42,432 bases of DNA, from positions 1 through 42,432 of the forward strand of contig JAQGDQ010001404.1 in NCBI GenBank assembly GCA_030141605.1. The letters run 5' to 3'. Below are positions 1-12,387 of the stretch, piece by piece. The notes below the pieces were generated by a model that worked only from the letters and a program-made list of their open reading frames with translations, was not told the origin of the DNA and made no database searches. How positions within the stretch are numbered: position 1 is the first letter of the stretch; each line of letters starts with the position of its first letter. This DNA comes from Tubiluchus corallicola. Lineage: Eukaryota; Animalia; Priapulida. Both the position numbers and the translations under genes were made by a program.

Positions 1-1
1 T

Positions 2-43
2 TTACTACTTATACTTGGTGGTATCGAAACTAACCCTGGACCC
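2..43 (+). other. 2A-like (StopGo/ribosome-skipping) peptide motif LLLILGGIETNPGP, in frame with the APE domain
   Basis: Frame-2 translation from base 2 continues directly into the ORF at 47. It matches the D(V/I)ExNPG|P consensus except for Gly at the Asp position. Confidence 0.75.
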
Positions 44-51
44 ATTTTGCC

Positions 52-58
52 AAATAAC

Positions 59-93
<35 letters not shown>

Positions 94-130
94 TAACAAT
101 AACAATAATAATAACACAAACAATAATAAT
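52..130 (+). repeat. (AAT/AAC)n microsatellite encoding in-frame poly-Asn
   Basis: Trinucleotide run visible directly. The ORF track shows the poly-N tract. Confidence 0.95.
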
Positions 131-3100
131 ACCAGCGATGAGCTAAAAAAATTCATGATTACTTATAAAAAGAACATCAAATTTCTAAATATAAATATTC
201 AAAGTCTCGACAAAAAACACTGGCTGCTGAAAGATACAATTCACGCCACCGAAAATCTGATTGTAGGCATAACAGAAACTTGGCTACATAAACAAATACT
301 TAGCAACACCATAGAATTACCTAATCACACATTAATAAGAAGAGATAGATGTAAAAATAAGAAAGGTGGATGGGTTGCGATGTATATACCTTCTCACCTG
401 AGACCACAAGAAATGAAAGGCATCAGAACCGGCAAGATTGAATCTGTTTGGTGCAGCATTGAGAACTATGTAATAGAAACCATATATAGACCACCCAATC
501 TCAAACACAAAACATTTTTCAAATACTTTAGTGAAGAACTAGAACGCAGTGTTTTCGAAAATAAAAAAGTTCTTATAATGGGCGATTTCAACTTTGATAT
601 TTTAGCTACAAACACACTGGCATACAAAACATACACAGAGCTCTTAAAACAATATAATGTCCACATACTTAACAACAATAAACCTACTCGAATTTCTAAA
701 ACATCAGCCACAGTAATCGACCATTTCATTTCAAATAGTAACAATAATTTCGTAGCATATGATACTTTCCCGTGTGATTATTCAGATCATCATTTCACAA
801 TATTAGTAGATAAAATGACCCCACAGCATAACAATAACCAAAATTCAGTCTGGCATTTAATGAGAGACTAGGCCCAATACAACAAACATTCATACTTAAT
901 CGACTTAGCAAAAATGAACTGGACCTCCATATATATGACTGATAAAATAGATAATGTCGAATATTGCCTTAATGTACATGCACCATATAAAAACGTAAAA
1001 CAAATCCCACAACAAAGCAAACTCAATAACGAAAGTAGCTGGACAACACCTGAACTTGACAAACTAAGAATAGCGAAAAACAGAATGTATAATATATGGG
1101 AAAAGAACAAAACTAAAAACAATCATAACAATTATAAAAAAAGAGAAATCAATTTAATAATCTTAATAAATGCTTGAAAAATAAACATATACAACAACAA
1201 TGTAAAAATGCAACAAATACCATAGAAAAATGGAAAATTATTAACAATTTAATAAATAAATAAACTAACGCGTGTTGACGAAATTAAGATGAACAACGCT
1301 GTTATTACAAAACCCAAAGATATTGCCAACGCGCTAAATGCAATATTCCTGAATCTTGGAAATTTTAAGGGAGTGGCTTCTCATATTAGCAATAATATAA
1401 TTAATAAATTAAAAAACAAATCGTCTAACACAGTATTCTCATTCAAAAGCGTCACAGTTGGAGAAATTAACGATATATTAAATAACCTAAGTTCCAACAA
1501 AGGGAGTGGACCATCAGATATTCCTATCAAAATTCTAAAAGATAGTGCATCTGTAATAGCCCCGCATATGACTTACATTGCTAATCAGATAATTATGAGA
1601 GGCGAATTTCCAATGGTATGTAAAATGGCAAACGTGACTCCAATCCATAAAAAAGATCCAAAATGTGATCCCATGAATTATCGCCCAATTTCCGTAATCC
1701 ATTGTTTCGGCAAAGTCTGGGAAAGGGTAATTTATGATCAGATAAATATATATGTAAATAAACATGAACTTTTATCAAAGCATCAGTTTGGCTTCCATAA
1801 ACACCATTCAACCATTGACGCCCTAATACACACAACAGAAAATTGGAGACATAGTTTAGACAACAAGCAATACATTTTAGCAGCATTTTTGGATTTAAGT
1901 AAAGCTTTCGATAGCATTAATCACGAACTACTTTACGATAATTTAAAACAAATCGGATTAGATTATCGTTAAAACTGATACAAAATTATCTCAAAGATAG
2001 ACAACAACGAGTAAAGTTAGATACAACCAACTTTTCTGACTGGGCCACGTTAAACAGAGGTATACCGCAAGGAACACTACTAGGTCCGTTATTATTTTGC
2101 CTATATATAAACAACATATCCAGTGTATTAAAACACTCACAAATAACGCAATACGCTGATGACACTACAATCTACATAGCCCATGAAAATGTCCAAACTG
2201 CAGAAAATTATTTAGAAGAAGATATAAAAAATATAAATATGGCATTTAGTCATTACAAGCTAAAAATGAATAATGACAAAACAGAATTCATGATACTGTC
2301 ACCCCCATTAAATACTAATGATGCATCATCAACCACTTTGACAATAGATAATGCTGTAATCAAACAAACTAACAATGTTAAATTCCTGGGCATACAAGTA
2401 GACAATAATCTTTCATGGGATGAACACTTTAATAACATATACACAAAAATGGCATCAAGCACATCATATCTCCGACAAGTTAAAGGGCAACTAACAAAGG
2501 AAACTAAAACACTAATATATAAAACTTTAGTTCTACCACACTTCTTATATGGATGTATGCTACTTCAAAAAACCAAAAGAGAAAATTACTTAAAATTAAA
2601 TCTCCTTCAAAACTATGCGTTGAGATTGATAGCTGGGTACTCATACAAACATAAGGCAGGTAGACAAAAATTCAAAGCTTCAACAACTAACCTGAGAAAA
2701 ACTTTAAAATTCCCAATCATTGAAGCACACAAAGAATATTTTACTCTGCTTTTTATATTTAAATACATTAACAACATCAGCAAACCATTCCAGAATAACA
2801 GATTTACCTTTTTTCCAAATCCTATCGTTAATTCCAGAACAAGCAATCTAAAACAAATTAGGACAAATACCCGCTATTGAACGAACTCTGTAATCAAACA
2901 AGCAATTTTACTTTGGAATTCTCTACCATTACAGGTTAAACAAATCAAGTCCCTATCAGCATTTAAAACAAAATTAAAATCACTAATATTAACCAGATAT
3001 GAAATACCATCACACCAGTACGACAACATACACACTAATTCAGAATTCATATACCCACGGCCATATTAATTAAATCATAATTTGTTTTTTTTTTGTGTAT

Positions 3101-3263
3101 GGTTGTAAATATGTTTGATTTTATTCGTCATTACTGCACAGTAGTTTAGATTGCACTGACGCATTTGCCTTCAGCAGTGTAAGTTTTTATTAACTAACAC
3201 TGATTGATTATCTCTGTAAAGTTTTTATCAGTGATTATCAATGTTTTAATGGCAAATAAAGAT

Positions 3264-3267
<4 letters not shown>

Positions 3268-3293
<26 letters not shown>
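3268..3293. repeat. (TA)n microsatellite at the LINE 3' end
   Basis: Visible directly. Confidence 0.9.
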
Positions 3294-3294
<1 letters not shown>

Positions 3295-3419
3295 AGACCT
3301 AGCTTTTGTATCCAAGTAGCATTTATTTGCAAACAGCAAGAGAAAATAAGCGTAAAAACAATTCCTAGTAAATAAATATTTGTTGGGAAACTGAAATTCA
3401 GCATTACTAATGAAACAAA

Positions 3420-3990
3420 ACGTGAAAGATAAAAAACTGGAATTTTTCGACTCACATCTATGCCATCAGAAATTAACGGAAGTGGCACAAGCAGAAAATA
3501 CTTACAGAAAGTCACAGCTGTTAGTAATGACAGTAAAATGTCACGCGATTTTGGGTGACCATGTGGATTTGCATAAAGACTTATTCGATAACTTGATTTT
3601 AGCTTGCAGTAGTTGTGCAGCTAAATATGTTTTTAATGTAAAGAAAATCTTATAGTTATGAAAGGGCAAACTATTGTAAGAAAATCATTAACTCATCTGG
3701 TTCTAAGTACATAATCTACAAGACAATCAATCCTCAGTTAGGAGTCCAAAAAGTCCATAGGAGTACGTAAATCAGGAGTTCAGTGTTAATGTACCTGAAG
3801 TGAAAGCGTTTACAAGATCATGGAGGGAGATAGAATAGGATGTCCAGGAAAGATTCCCTTTGTGTTTGCAGAACAACACATACTGTGCCACTGTGGGAAA
3901 GTGAACATGTTAGAGAACTGTATAGCAATTTAGACATTACTAATATACAGTCATTATATAATAGATTGGACCAACATAATCTAATGCATT
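3420..3990 (+). mobile_element. Possible highly decayed RTEX-like non-LTR retrotransposon C-terminal fragment
   Basis: Fragmentary translations SSGSKYIIYKTINPQL and EQHILCHC resemble the C-terminus of RTEX-type ORF2 proteins. Recognised by eye only. Confidence 0.35.
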
Positions 3991-4119
3991 TTTCATGGCA
4001 TGTTTAATGCTTTGGCGGAAAGCTTTTTCTGGGTGACTCTGTATTTAATGGGATTCAGATTTTTGTGGACACTGAAGGAAATATTTTGTGGAGCAGGAAT
4101 GATTTGTTTCCACACTATA

Positions 4120-4620
4120 TCAGAGCATGTCCACAAAAACAAGAAAATTTTGTGGACAAATTCCACGAACGTTGTACAGAAATTTGAATTTGGAGTGTGG
4201 ACGTAAGTTACAAAGCTCTGTAATCGTGTCCTGTAGCCTTCCGTCGTTTCTGAACTTAACCTTCTTGGTATGCTTTCTTCCCTTCGGCCGAGCTGTATCC
4301 TGTTTCCTATCGAGCTGTATCCTTCGTTCACAGCGACTGTCAATTGACTTCAACAGGCGTTCCAGCTGTTTGAGAAGCGAAAATAGCTCCAAGTTCTTTC
4401 CAATCACATTGCAGTAATTAAATCACAATGCAAACTTTCCGCGATAATGTTCGTCGTGGGCAGCGCATTGTTGTGCACCTGGTGACTTTTGAAAATCACA
4501 GGGTTAATGTCGATAATCTCTGATAAATCTGGCAAAATGTTTATTCGTATTTCTGAATATTAGCTTATAGCAGCGTTTCAATTGATAGACGACATTGGCG
4601 AAGTATTCAATATTTTAGCT
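4120..4620 (-). mobile_element. Possible decayed Mutator/MULE transposase C-terminal fragment
   Basis: The minus strand gives LPTTNIIAESLH, resembling the MULE catalytic Glu motif RTNNxxExxH. After a frameshift it is followed by a helical, basic tail (ORF 4120-4407). Confidence 0.3.
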
Positions 4621-5849
4621 CTCATTCGACTGCAAATAGGACAATTACAAGTTTCATTGTTGTGCCCGATTAACTTGCTGGCCATTGAAAAAAAAAACAT
4701 GCGACCATGCATAGCAAAACCGTCCATTAATTTAATTGTAGGCTAGAGGTAAAAAAAGCCAGAATTGTTTCTATGAGTTAACTACTTAATTTTGTCACAT
4801 ATCAAAGACACTTGTTTTTCCCGAGTTGTATAACAGTTATCACACCTGTAATTAGCATTTTTGGTGACTGACTTAGCTGAAATGACGCTAACATACAGAA
4901 ATTGCGGGACTACATGACACATGTACAGTTACAGTATAGGCCCTATAGCTAGGTACAAAAGCCTTATGTCTGTATATGTGTGAGAAAGTGGTAATACAAT
5001 TTCTACCAAATTATATTATACTTGCAATTATCTGTGATGAAAACTACCTTTTTACAGTACAAGTACCATCAAGGGAATGCAAACATTTTACTTGTCACAT
5101 AAAATTATAAAGCTAAGCACAACATAGTCATAACAAGTATCTCAGAAGGTAAAAATGATATATGTAATTACAAATCTTAATATTTAACATGTTTAAAACA
5201 AATTTTATAATATTAAATTCTTATAACTTTACAACCATCTGAACTCTGTACAAAAATCAAAAATAACTATGTAATTGTGACGTTAAAGTTGAAAATGTTG
5301 AATTTGTATCACCTGTAATTACCCTGATTTGTATGTTTACCTGGAAATGATAACATGGAGCACGTTTACAACAATGTACTTAAATAGCAGATTATTTATA
5401 AAATTGGCATAGTTATTTTCACATGTTTTTTTCGGTTTTGTAGGTCATCTGTGTGATCACGTAATCACAACTGTCGGCACTTTCAGTTTCTGGCGCGGGT
5501 ACTTTTCCAAAGGAACTGTAATATTTTATCAAAATATGCTTTCTGGTGGGTACTGAGACGCAACCCATTGGTTTGTAGCAGATGATTACTGGCCACCTGA
5601 CAGGATTAGACTGTAGCGTCAGAATAAACGACGAACTATCCATTATACATATATTGTTCAGAACTATGAATTACATTCCTTTGTTTTTTTAATATTTAAC
5701 TCGTGTCAACCTTGCATCAAGTTTATTTGCAATATTGAAAATGATAATTCTTTATCTTTTTGGATGTTTCTTTGTCGTTTCACAGTGCTGTATTATGATA
5801 AGATTTACTTTCAACAGAAATAATGGAACATACCAATGTTTTGATAACA

Positions 5850-6900
5850 AAATTTTGTTCCGAATCTCTCAGATGGAACTGCATTTGATCTTCTGTCAAT
5901 TATGGGAATAATGGAACAATTTGAAAGTTTGCGTGAAAAGTTCTTAGCGACGAAAGTTATGCTCCACAGGACATTGCAACTAGATGAATGGATGGCTGCT
6001 GAAAAAAGCTCATCTATCATGTTACCAGGTGTTTAGTGTATTGTTTAAAATGGGCACATGTAGCTAGTCAAATAAATGAATTATTGAAGTGAAATGCGAA
6101 TGTCACAGGCCCTGAAAAGAATCAGTTCTATCAATTTTTCTGACTGTTACCAGATTCAGATTTTGTCAGGAGAGGAAAAGGTAGTATGGTAACGTGGAAG
6201 AGGAAACAGAAGAATTTGGAATCTCTAAACATCGTTCCGAGACCTAAGCAACTGACTTACCTCGCGTTTGAACTTGAACGTTTATATGCACCCTGAGAAA
6301 CCAACACATTATTCACGTGACAGCTGATAAAGCATATAAAGACTTGTCTAGAAGGAAAAAAGTGTCATTGGATGATTTGGAGCATATCGCATGGGTTGCG
6401 TATCAAGGAGAACTGTTGAGGCCAGGCACTGATTCCTAACAGTGACCTAACTTTACCATCACCATTTGACTTAGTTCGGAAAAGTTTGGATACTTTTACA
6501 TCTGCCACAGCACAATTTGGTTTATAGGTAATAATATTTAATAAGTTAATGACACTCCTGGTGTTTTAGAATACAAAATTTACTACAGTTTCCTTGTATC
6601 TTCTTTATAAGTAAACGTTTCCCAGTTTAGTAAAACTATTCCAGCTATATGGAATGGTGAAGGTAAATTGTGTCAAAACTTCCGGAACGTTCAAAATTTC
6701 TATTTAGACACCAAAATCATTAGGCTGTCTGCTTGGATTGTTAAGCCCTTATAACCTAGCAACAGCCATCTTGGCGGCCATCTTGACATTTGTGGTTGAT
6801 TTCATAACAAAAATTAATTACCATAATGAATTCTCGCACTGTGCAAAGTTTCGAACTTTTTAAGTCAAAATGAGCATTTTTCCACCAGTCTTGTAGACTA
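5850..6900 (+). mobile_element. Possible decayed Academ (XPG/PIN-type) DNA transposon 3' remnant
   Basis: Broken translations GPEK..F..F...DFVRRGK...TWK, EHIAWVAYQG and QALIPN..LPSP resemble the XPG-like region of Academ proteins. A subterminal-like sequence (gccatcttggcggccatcttg) follows and ends in CTA at 6900. Confidence 0.4.
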
Positions 6901-8439
6901 AACACCCATTCACTTTGGTCAAATGGTGGCCATAATTTTTGAAGCCATAAGTGGATACTTAACGCTGTTCAGATCTTGGCCTATTTTAGACATGTTATTC
7001 TCTGAACCAAGAAACATTTTCTTGCAATTTTTCATGGATACGTCAGCAAATTGACCCTATTAAATGACTTGCGATTGTCTTCTTTTAAAAATTTCAAAAA
7101 GCATGCCGCAGCGTGTTAATCATGTATTTTCACACTTTGTAAATGTGTATAAGTATAAAATCTTTAAAAAGTCAACAATACACAGTTAGACGAACACTAT
7201 TTGTTACAAATTGGTCATTCATATTAAAAACTCTCAAAAAACTCCATCCTCAAGCATAAATAACATCTACTTACTTTTTTACTTGCCTTTTTATGCAATA
7301 GTATTATGTATATAATCTAAGGGTATTAGTTTTAATATACTATATACTTAATAATGTACTACATTTTAAATTTTAAATAAAAACAAAAATTATTTGCTAT
7401 CAGCTAATCATTGTGGTCGTAGTGGTCCTTTGTCTGATGGTCCGTTTACTTGCGACTCTTTGTTTAATGGTCCTTCTTTGCCCGCCCACCAGATGATTTA
7501 TGTATGCATGTATATTGTATAAGTACATAATTAGTTGTGTAGGCGTATCGGTCTTGTACAGTTAATTAATTTGACAAAGACGAGTGACAGATTCATATTT
7601 TCACTATAGCAGTTCAAGTCTGACATAGCTGTGTGTTTAATGTATCACTGAAATATACTTATATTTTAAATTACTTAACCTTGTGTTCTAGTGACTGTTA
7701 ATCTTTCGCGAACTTTGGTTTTGTGGTCGCTATTTTCTTTGTATTCTCGCATGTGCAGTATAACTAATTAAATTTGAAATAAATCGGTTGCTTAATAATT
7801 AAGGTCTTACGAACGCCATGCTTTGCGTGAAAAGCTACACATTTTAGAAGCGTACGCTTTTGGAACAGTACATTTCAAAAATCACAATCAAAACATTAAG
7901 TGTAATTACAGCGTTTCAGCCAGTGTTAGCCAAATGAACAGAATTGCAGTGAATTATTGTAAATTGCTCTTGCTTACAACTAGCATGATCACTTTTTTTC
8001 ATCTTTTGACAAATTACGATGACTGGAACAAAGGTTTGTAAAAATCAGTAATTTGGAACCAGAATTATTGAATCTTTGAAACTGAAAAAGAAGAATTGTA
8101 AAAAAAGTCTAGTTTTTTATATTAAAATCAATCATTATAGGTCAGCCAACTCTAGATCAATAACTAATAACTACATAATTTTTTGTGGTTTTGTAAGTGT
8201 TTGAAATTTTCCATGGATGATTATTAGGCCTTATTATTTAAAATCAAAATTTTAAGGTATTTTTTATTAATGGTGGCCATTCACCCATAATTACCAAATG
8301 TTTAAACTAAACTTGTCTGAAAAAAGGAAATGCGAGAAAGTGTGCCCTGCACTGATACTGGATTTGAACCATGACATTTAAATTACAGTTAGCTTTTGCT
8401 TAACTTAATTTATATAGACTGGCAAAAAGCGCAACTCCA

Positions 8440-9770
8440 ATAATTTCTACTAAGATGACAATAATTTATACAATAGTATCTACTGAGAAGAAAATAGTCT
8501 CTATGATAGTGTCTACTAAGATGACAATAGTCTCTACAATAGTCTCTACTGAGCGGAAAATAGTCTCTATGATAGTGTCTACTAAGACGACAATAATTTA
8601 TACAATAGTATCTACTGAGATGAAAATAGTCTCTATGATAGTGTCTACTAAGACGACAATAGTCTCTACAATAGTCTCTACTGAGCGGAAAATAGTCTCT
8701 ATGATAGTGTCTACTAAGACGACAATAATTTATACAATAGTATCTACTGAGATGAAAATAGTCTCTATGATAGTGTCTACTAAGATGACAAGTCTCTACA
8801 ATAATATCTACTGAGATGAAAATAGTCTCTATGATAGTGTCTACTAAGATGACAAGTCTCTACAATAGTCTCTACTGAGCTGAAAATAGTCTCTATGATA
8901 GTGTCTACTAAGATGACAATAGACTCTACAATAGTCTCTACTGAGATGAAAATAGTCTCTATGATAGTGCCTACTAAGACGACAATAATTTATACAATAG
9001 TATCTACTGAGATGAAAATAGTCTCTATGATAGTGTCTACTAAGACGACAATAGTCTCTACAATAGTCTCTACTGAGATGAAAATAGTCTCTATGATAGT
9101 GCCTACTAAGACGACAATAATTTATACAATAGTATCTACTGAGATGAAAATAGTCTCTATGATAGTGTCTACTAAGATGACAAGTCTCTACAATAATATC
9201 TACTGAGATGAAAATAGTCTCTATGATAGTGTCTACTAAGATGACAAGTCTCTACAATAGTCTCTACTGAGCTGAAAATAGTCTCTATGATAGTGTCTAC
9301 TAAGATGACAATAGACTCTACAATAGTCTCTACTGAGATGAAAATAGTCTCTATGATAGTGCCTACTAAGATGACAATGGTCTTTACAATAGTCCCTACT
9401 GAGATGACAATAGTCTCTTATGATAGTGTCTACTAATAAGATGACAATAGTCTCTACAATAGTCTCTACTGAGATAAAAATAGTCTCTATGATAGTGTCT
9501 ACTAAGATGACAAAAGTCTCTACAATAGTCTCTGCCGTGATGAAAATAATCTCTATAATAGTGTCTACTAAGATGACAATAGCTTCTATAATAATCTCCA
9601 CTAAGATGAAAATAGTCTCTACAATAGTCTCTACAGAGATGACAATAGTCTCTATAATAATCTCTACCAAGATGTCAATAGTCTCTACTAAAATAACAAT
9701 TGTCTCTACTAATATGACAATAGTCTCTATAATAGTCTTTATTGAGATGACAACATTCTCTACTGCCATA
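8440..9770. repeat. Higher-order minisatellite (12+21 bp = 33-bp units paired into about 66 bp)
   Basis: Unit atagtctctatg-atagtgtctactaagatgaca / atagtctctaca-atagtctctactgagatgaaa. It produces the spurious IVST-repeat ORFs. Confidence 0.95.
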
Positions 9771-10750
9771 AAAAGTGTGATGATAGAAAAATTTAATATT
9801 GCTGATGGTCAAAAATAACTAATTATCTGAGCGGAATGCCATTTGGCATATGTGAAATTCAAGCCAGATCTTAGAATTTCTGCACAGATGTGAAAGCAAG
9901 TGTAGGAGAATCTGTTATATTTATATAAAACTTTTATTTAGAGTATATATTTATACCATATAGTTACACTTTTGTAGAAAATTTCTTCGCATTCAATTCG
10001 AAGATGCGAGATATCAGACGCGAGATGAAAACATTGTACTGTCTTTATCTTTTCTTACTTACACTAATTAAATTATACTAATGTATTTAAAATTAAGCAA
10101 TTGTAGATATAGCCCAAAAGAGATCTTGTTGAAAATTCAGGTTGTTTAGCAGAATAACTTTTTAACGTTCATAAAAGTTACATCAGATTTCACGAATGTC
10201 TCTTCGACTCGTTTACTTGAACAAGAATGAACCCGTAATTTTTTTCTGCGAGCTTTCATAGTTAACGAAAAGATATGAACCCTGTTGTCTTAATATTACT
10301 AATGTTGGCGTTATGAAGTTTCCGAGTCTGGTTTTTCCAAGTAAAATCCAAGACAATAAGTCAAGCATTTGCTTTCATATTACGATATATATGAAATAAT
10401 TGCTGTCTACTAGCTCTGTGTATTACAAGATCGTCACGACTGCTGTGTAGCTGTAGCAAGCTGCCTCTTTAGTTTAAGAAGACAAACAGTCCAAATTTTG
10501 TAATTTGGTCGCTGGTTACTGGCCGAAAAGTTACAAGTTGGGAATTAATTAACTAAGTGGAATTCCTAGATAATTCAGTGGTGCGAATTTGGCAAAAATC
10601 AATGCTGTGGCATCCGGATAAAAGGCTGATGTCATCTCAAGTCCTTATTCTGTAAGTGCTGCTTACTATATCAGTTTCAGTTTAGTGAACTAGTTTGTTT
10701 TTCTTTTTCATTAACATCAATGAACTAACGTTGTCAACAATATGTTGCAG

Positions 10751-11259
10751 GAAAGGATCGCTTAATTATCAAATTCAGCACCAAAAGAACATCTGAGACA
10801 ATTATTGGTAACTTATTGGACAGTAAGCAAAATCATCAAAGGATTATCGTGGCCAATGAATTACGTCTATGTGACAACACAAATTGCTCACAGATGCCGA
10901 AAATTTACGTAATAACACCAACATACGCACGTCCAGTGCAGAAAGCAGAATTAACTCGCATTTCTCAGACATTTTCTGTAATTCCTTGTTTACACTGGAT
11001 TGTAGTGGAGGATTCTGCAGGAAAGACCAGTGTTGTTACTGCTTTGCTGTCATTTTCGAAATTACGTTATACACATTTAAATATTGACACACCTGCAAAA
11101 TGGCAAAAATTGCCACTCGGTAAGCCAAAGAGCAGAGGAATGTTGCAGAGAAACTTTGGACTTCTCTGGCTGAAAAATAACATTATTCAACGTGGACAAG
11201 ATGGTGTAGTTTATTTTGCTGATGATGATAACACATATGATTGGAAAATATTTGAAGAG
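10751..11259 (+). CDS. B3GAT: GT43 galactosyl-beta-1,3-glucuronosyltransferase (GlcAT-I/P/S family), first recognisable coding exon
   Basis: Motifs IYVITPTYARPVQKAELTR, LHWIVVEDS, RGMLQRN and GVVYFADDDNTY (DxD). Acceptor ttgcag ends at 10750; the exon start is somewhat uncertain. Donor GTagga at 11260, phase 0. Confidence 0.93.
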
Positions 11260-11299
11260 GTAGGAATGTAATTACATTGAAATTTGCCTCTGAAACAAA

Positions 11300-11415
11300 A
11301 ACAGATGCAGACAGACACAAACGCACACACATCGCAAGCACGCAAACCTGTTCACGCACGCACGCATACACGTATCTCACGCACATCCACACATATGCCT
11401 GAACACAGACACACA
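11300..11415. repeat. Degenerate CA/CGCA microsatellite in a B3GAT intron
   Basis: Visible directly. Confidence 0.7.
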
Positions 11416-11748
11416 ATGCTCTTCAGTAAATTAGAAACGTTGTTTCAATGTACAATTGTGGAGCAAAGATTTGGTGACTCATTTTTGTTGCTGACACCAT
11501 AACCTAATAATGGTGCAATTCCAAATTTCAGGCAACATTTTTATTATTAATTCGTTCTTGGCAGTTAATTAATCGATTAACAATTGATCTCTCTAGCTGA
11601 ATGACAAACGGATCTCAAGCACCATCCCACGTTGCACGTAAGCATGTGTTTTTTATGTTGATTTCTTAACTAAAAACAAAGGCACTCGGTGTCATAGACA
11701 CACTTTATCATTTTTATTAGTTATCTACTAGTATCATTTTTGTTTCAG

Positions 11749-12039
11749 ATGAGGCACACGACGAAAGTCTCCGTTTGGCCTGTTGGCTTTTCTGGTGGGC
11801 AGGAAGTTGAACAACCTTTAGTTAAAAATGGTAAAGTTGTTGGCTTCAGCACATCTTATGCAAAACAACGAAAATTTGCCGTAGACATGGCAGGATTTGC
11901 TGTCAATTTAAATTTGTTAACGAAACATCGTGATATTTTCTTTAAACTGTCTGTAAAACCTGGACACTTAGAAAGTCATTTTCTGGAAAACCTTGTCAAC
12001 TTATCTGAATTAGAGCCTAAAGCAAACAACTGCAGTGAG
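11749..12039 (+). CDS. B3GAT: B3GAT-family glucuronosyltransferase, internal exon
   Basis: tttcAG|ATG joins FEE|MRHTTKVSVWPVG in phase 0. Motifs DMAGFAVN, GHLES (catalytic Glu) and LEPKANNC. Donor GTaaat at 12040. Confidence 0.95.
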
Positions 12040-12155
12040 GTAAATGTCCTTTCTTCCTCTTAATTTCTCTGAATAAAACTATGTTAATGCAATAGCCACT
12101 AGAAAACCATTGAATGAATTGTTGTCGAGAACTTTCATATATAAACCACTGGAGT

Positions 12156-12387
12156 CAAATGCCACAACCTCAAACTTTCTAGGTGGGAAATTTGTTTAAG
12201 TTAAGTGCAGTAAGTTCATCTACAGTCGCAAATTTATTTATTTATGTTAAGCATTAAGAACTAACTAACAAATGCCACAACCTCAAACTTTCTAGGTGGC
12301 AAATTTGTTTAAGTGCAGTAAGTTCATCTACAGCCGCAAATTTATTTATTTATGTTAAGCATTAAGAACTAACTAACAAATGCCACC
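12156..12387. repeat. Tandem duplication of about 110 bp in a B3GAT intron
   Basis: caaatgccac recurs at 12156, 12269 and 12377. The two units (113 and 108 bp) are nearly identical. Confidence 0.92.

Larger units (their letters stand above)
1..3270 (+). mobile_element. Decayed L2/CR1-type (Crack-like) non-LTR retrotransposon ORF2 (APE endonuclease + reverse transcriptase), 5' end outside the window
   Basis: APE motifs in ORF 47-871: NINIQSL, GITETWL, IYRPP, MGDFN, IDHF, SDH. RT motifs: NYRPIS, QFGF, FLDLSKAFD, GIPQG..LGP (about 2059-2088), YADD (2152-2163), KFLG. C-terminal LWNSLP at about 2911. Broken by several stops and frameshifts. AT-rich 3' UTR with AATAAA at about 3255. Confidence 0.93.

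Noticed and set aside
8340-8420. tRNA gene or tRNA-derived SINE (minus-strand GGTTCAAATCC B-box)
   Set aside because: No convincing A-box or cloverleaf; at most a decayed SINE.
8455-9818. IVST-rich mucin-like ORFs
   Set aside because: By-product of the minisatellite. Frames break at 1-bp indels, and there is no non-repetitive coding flank.
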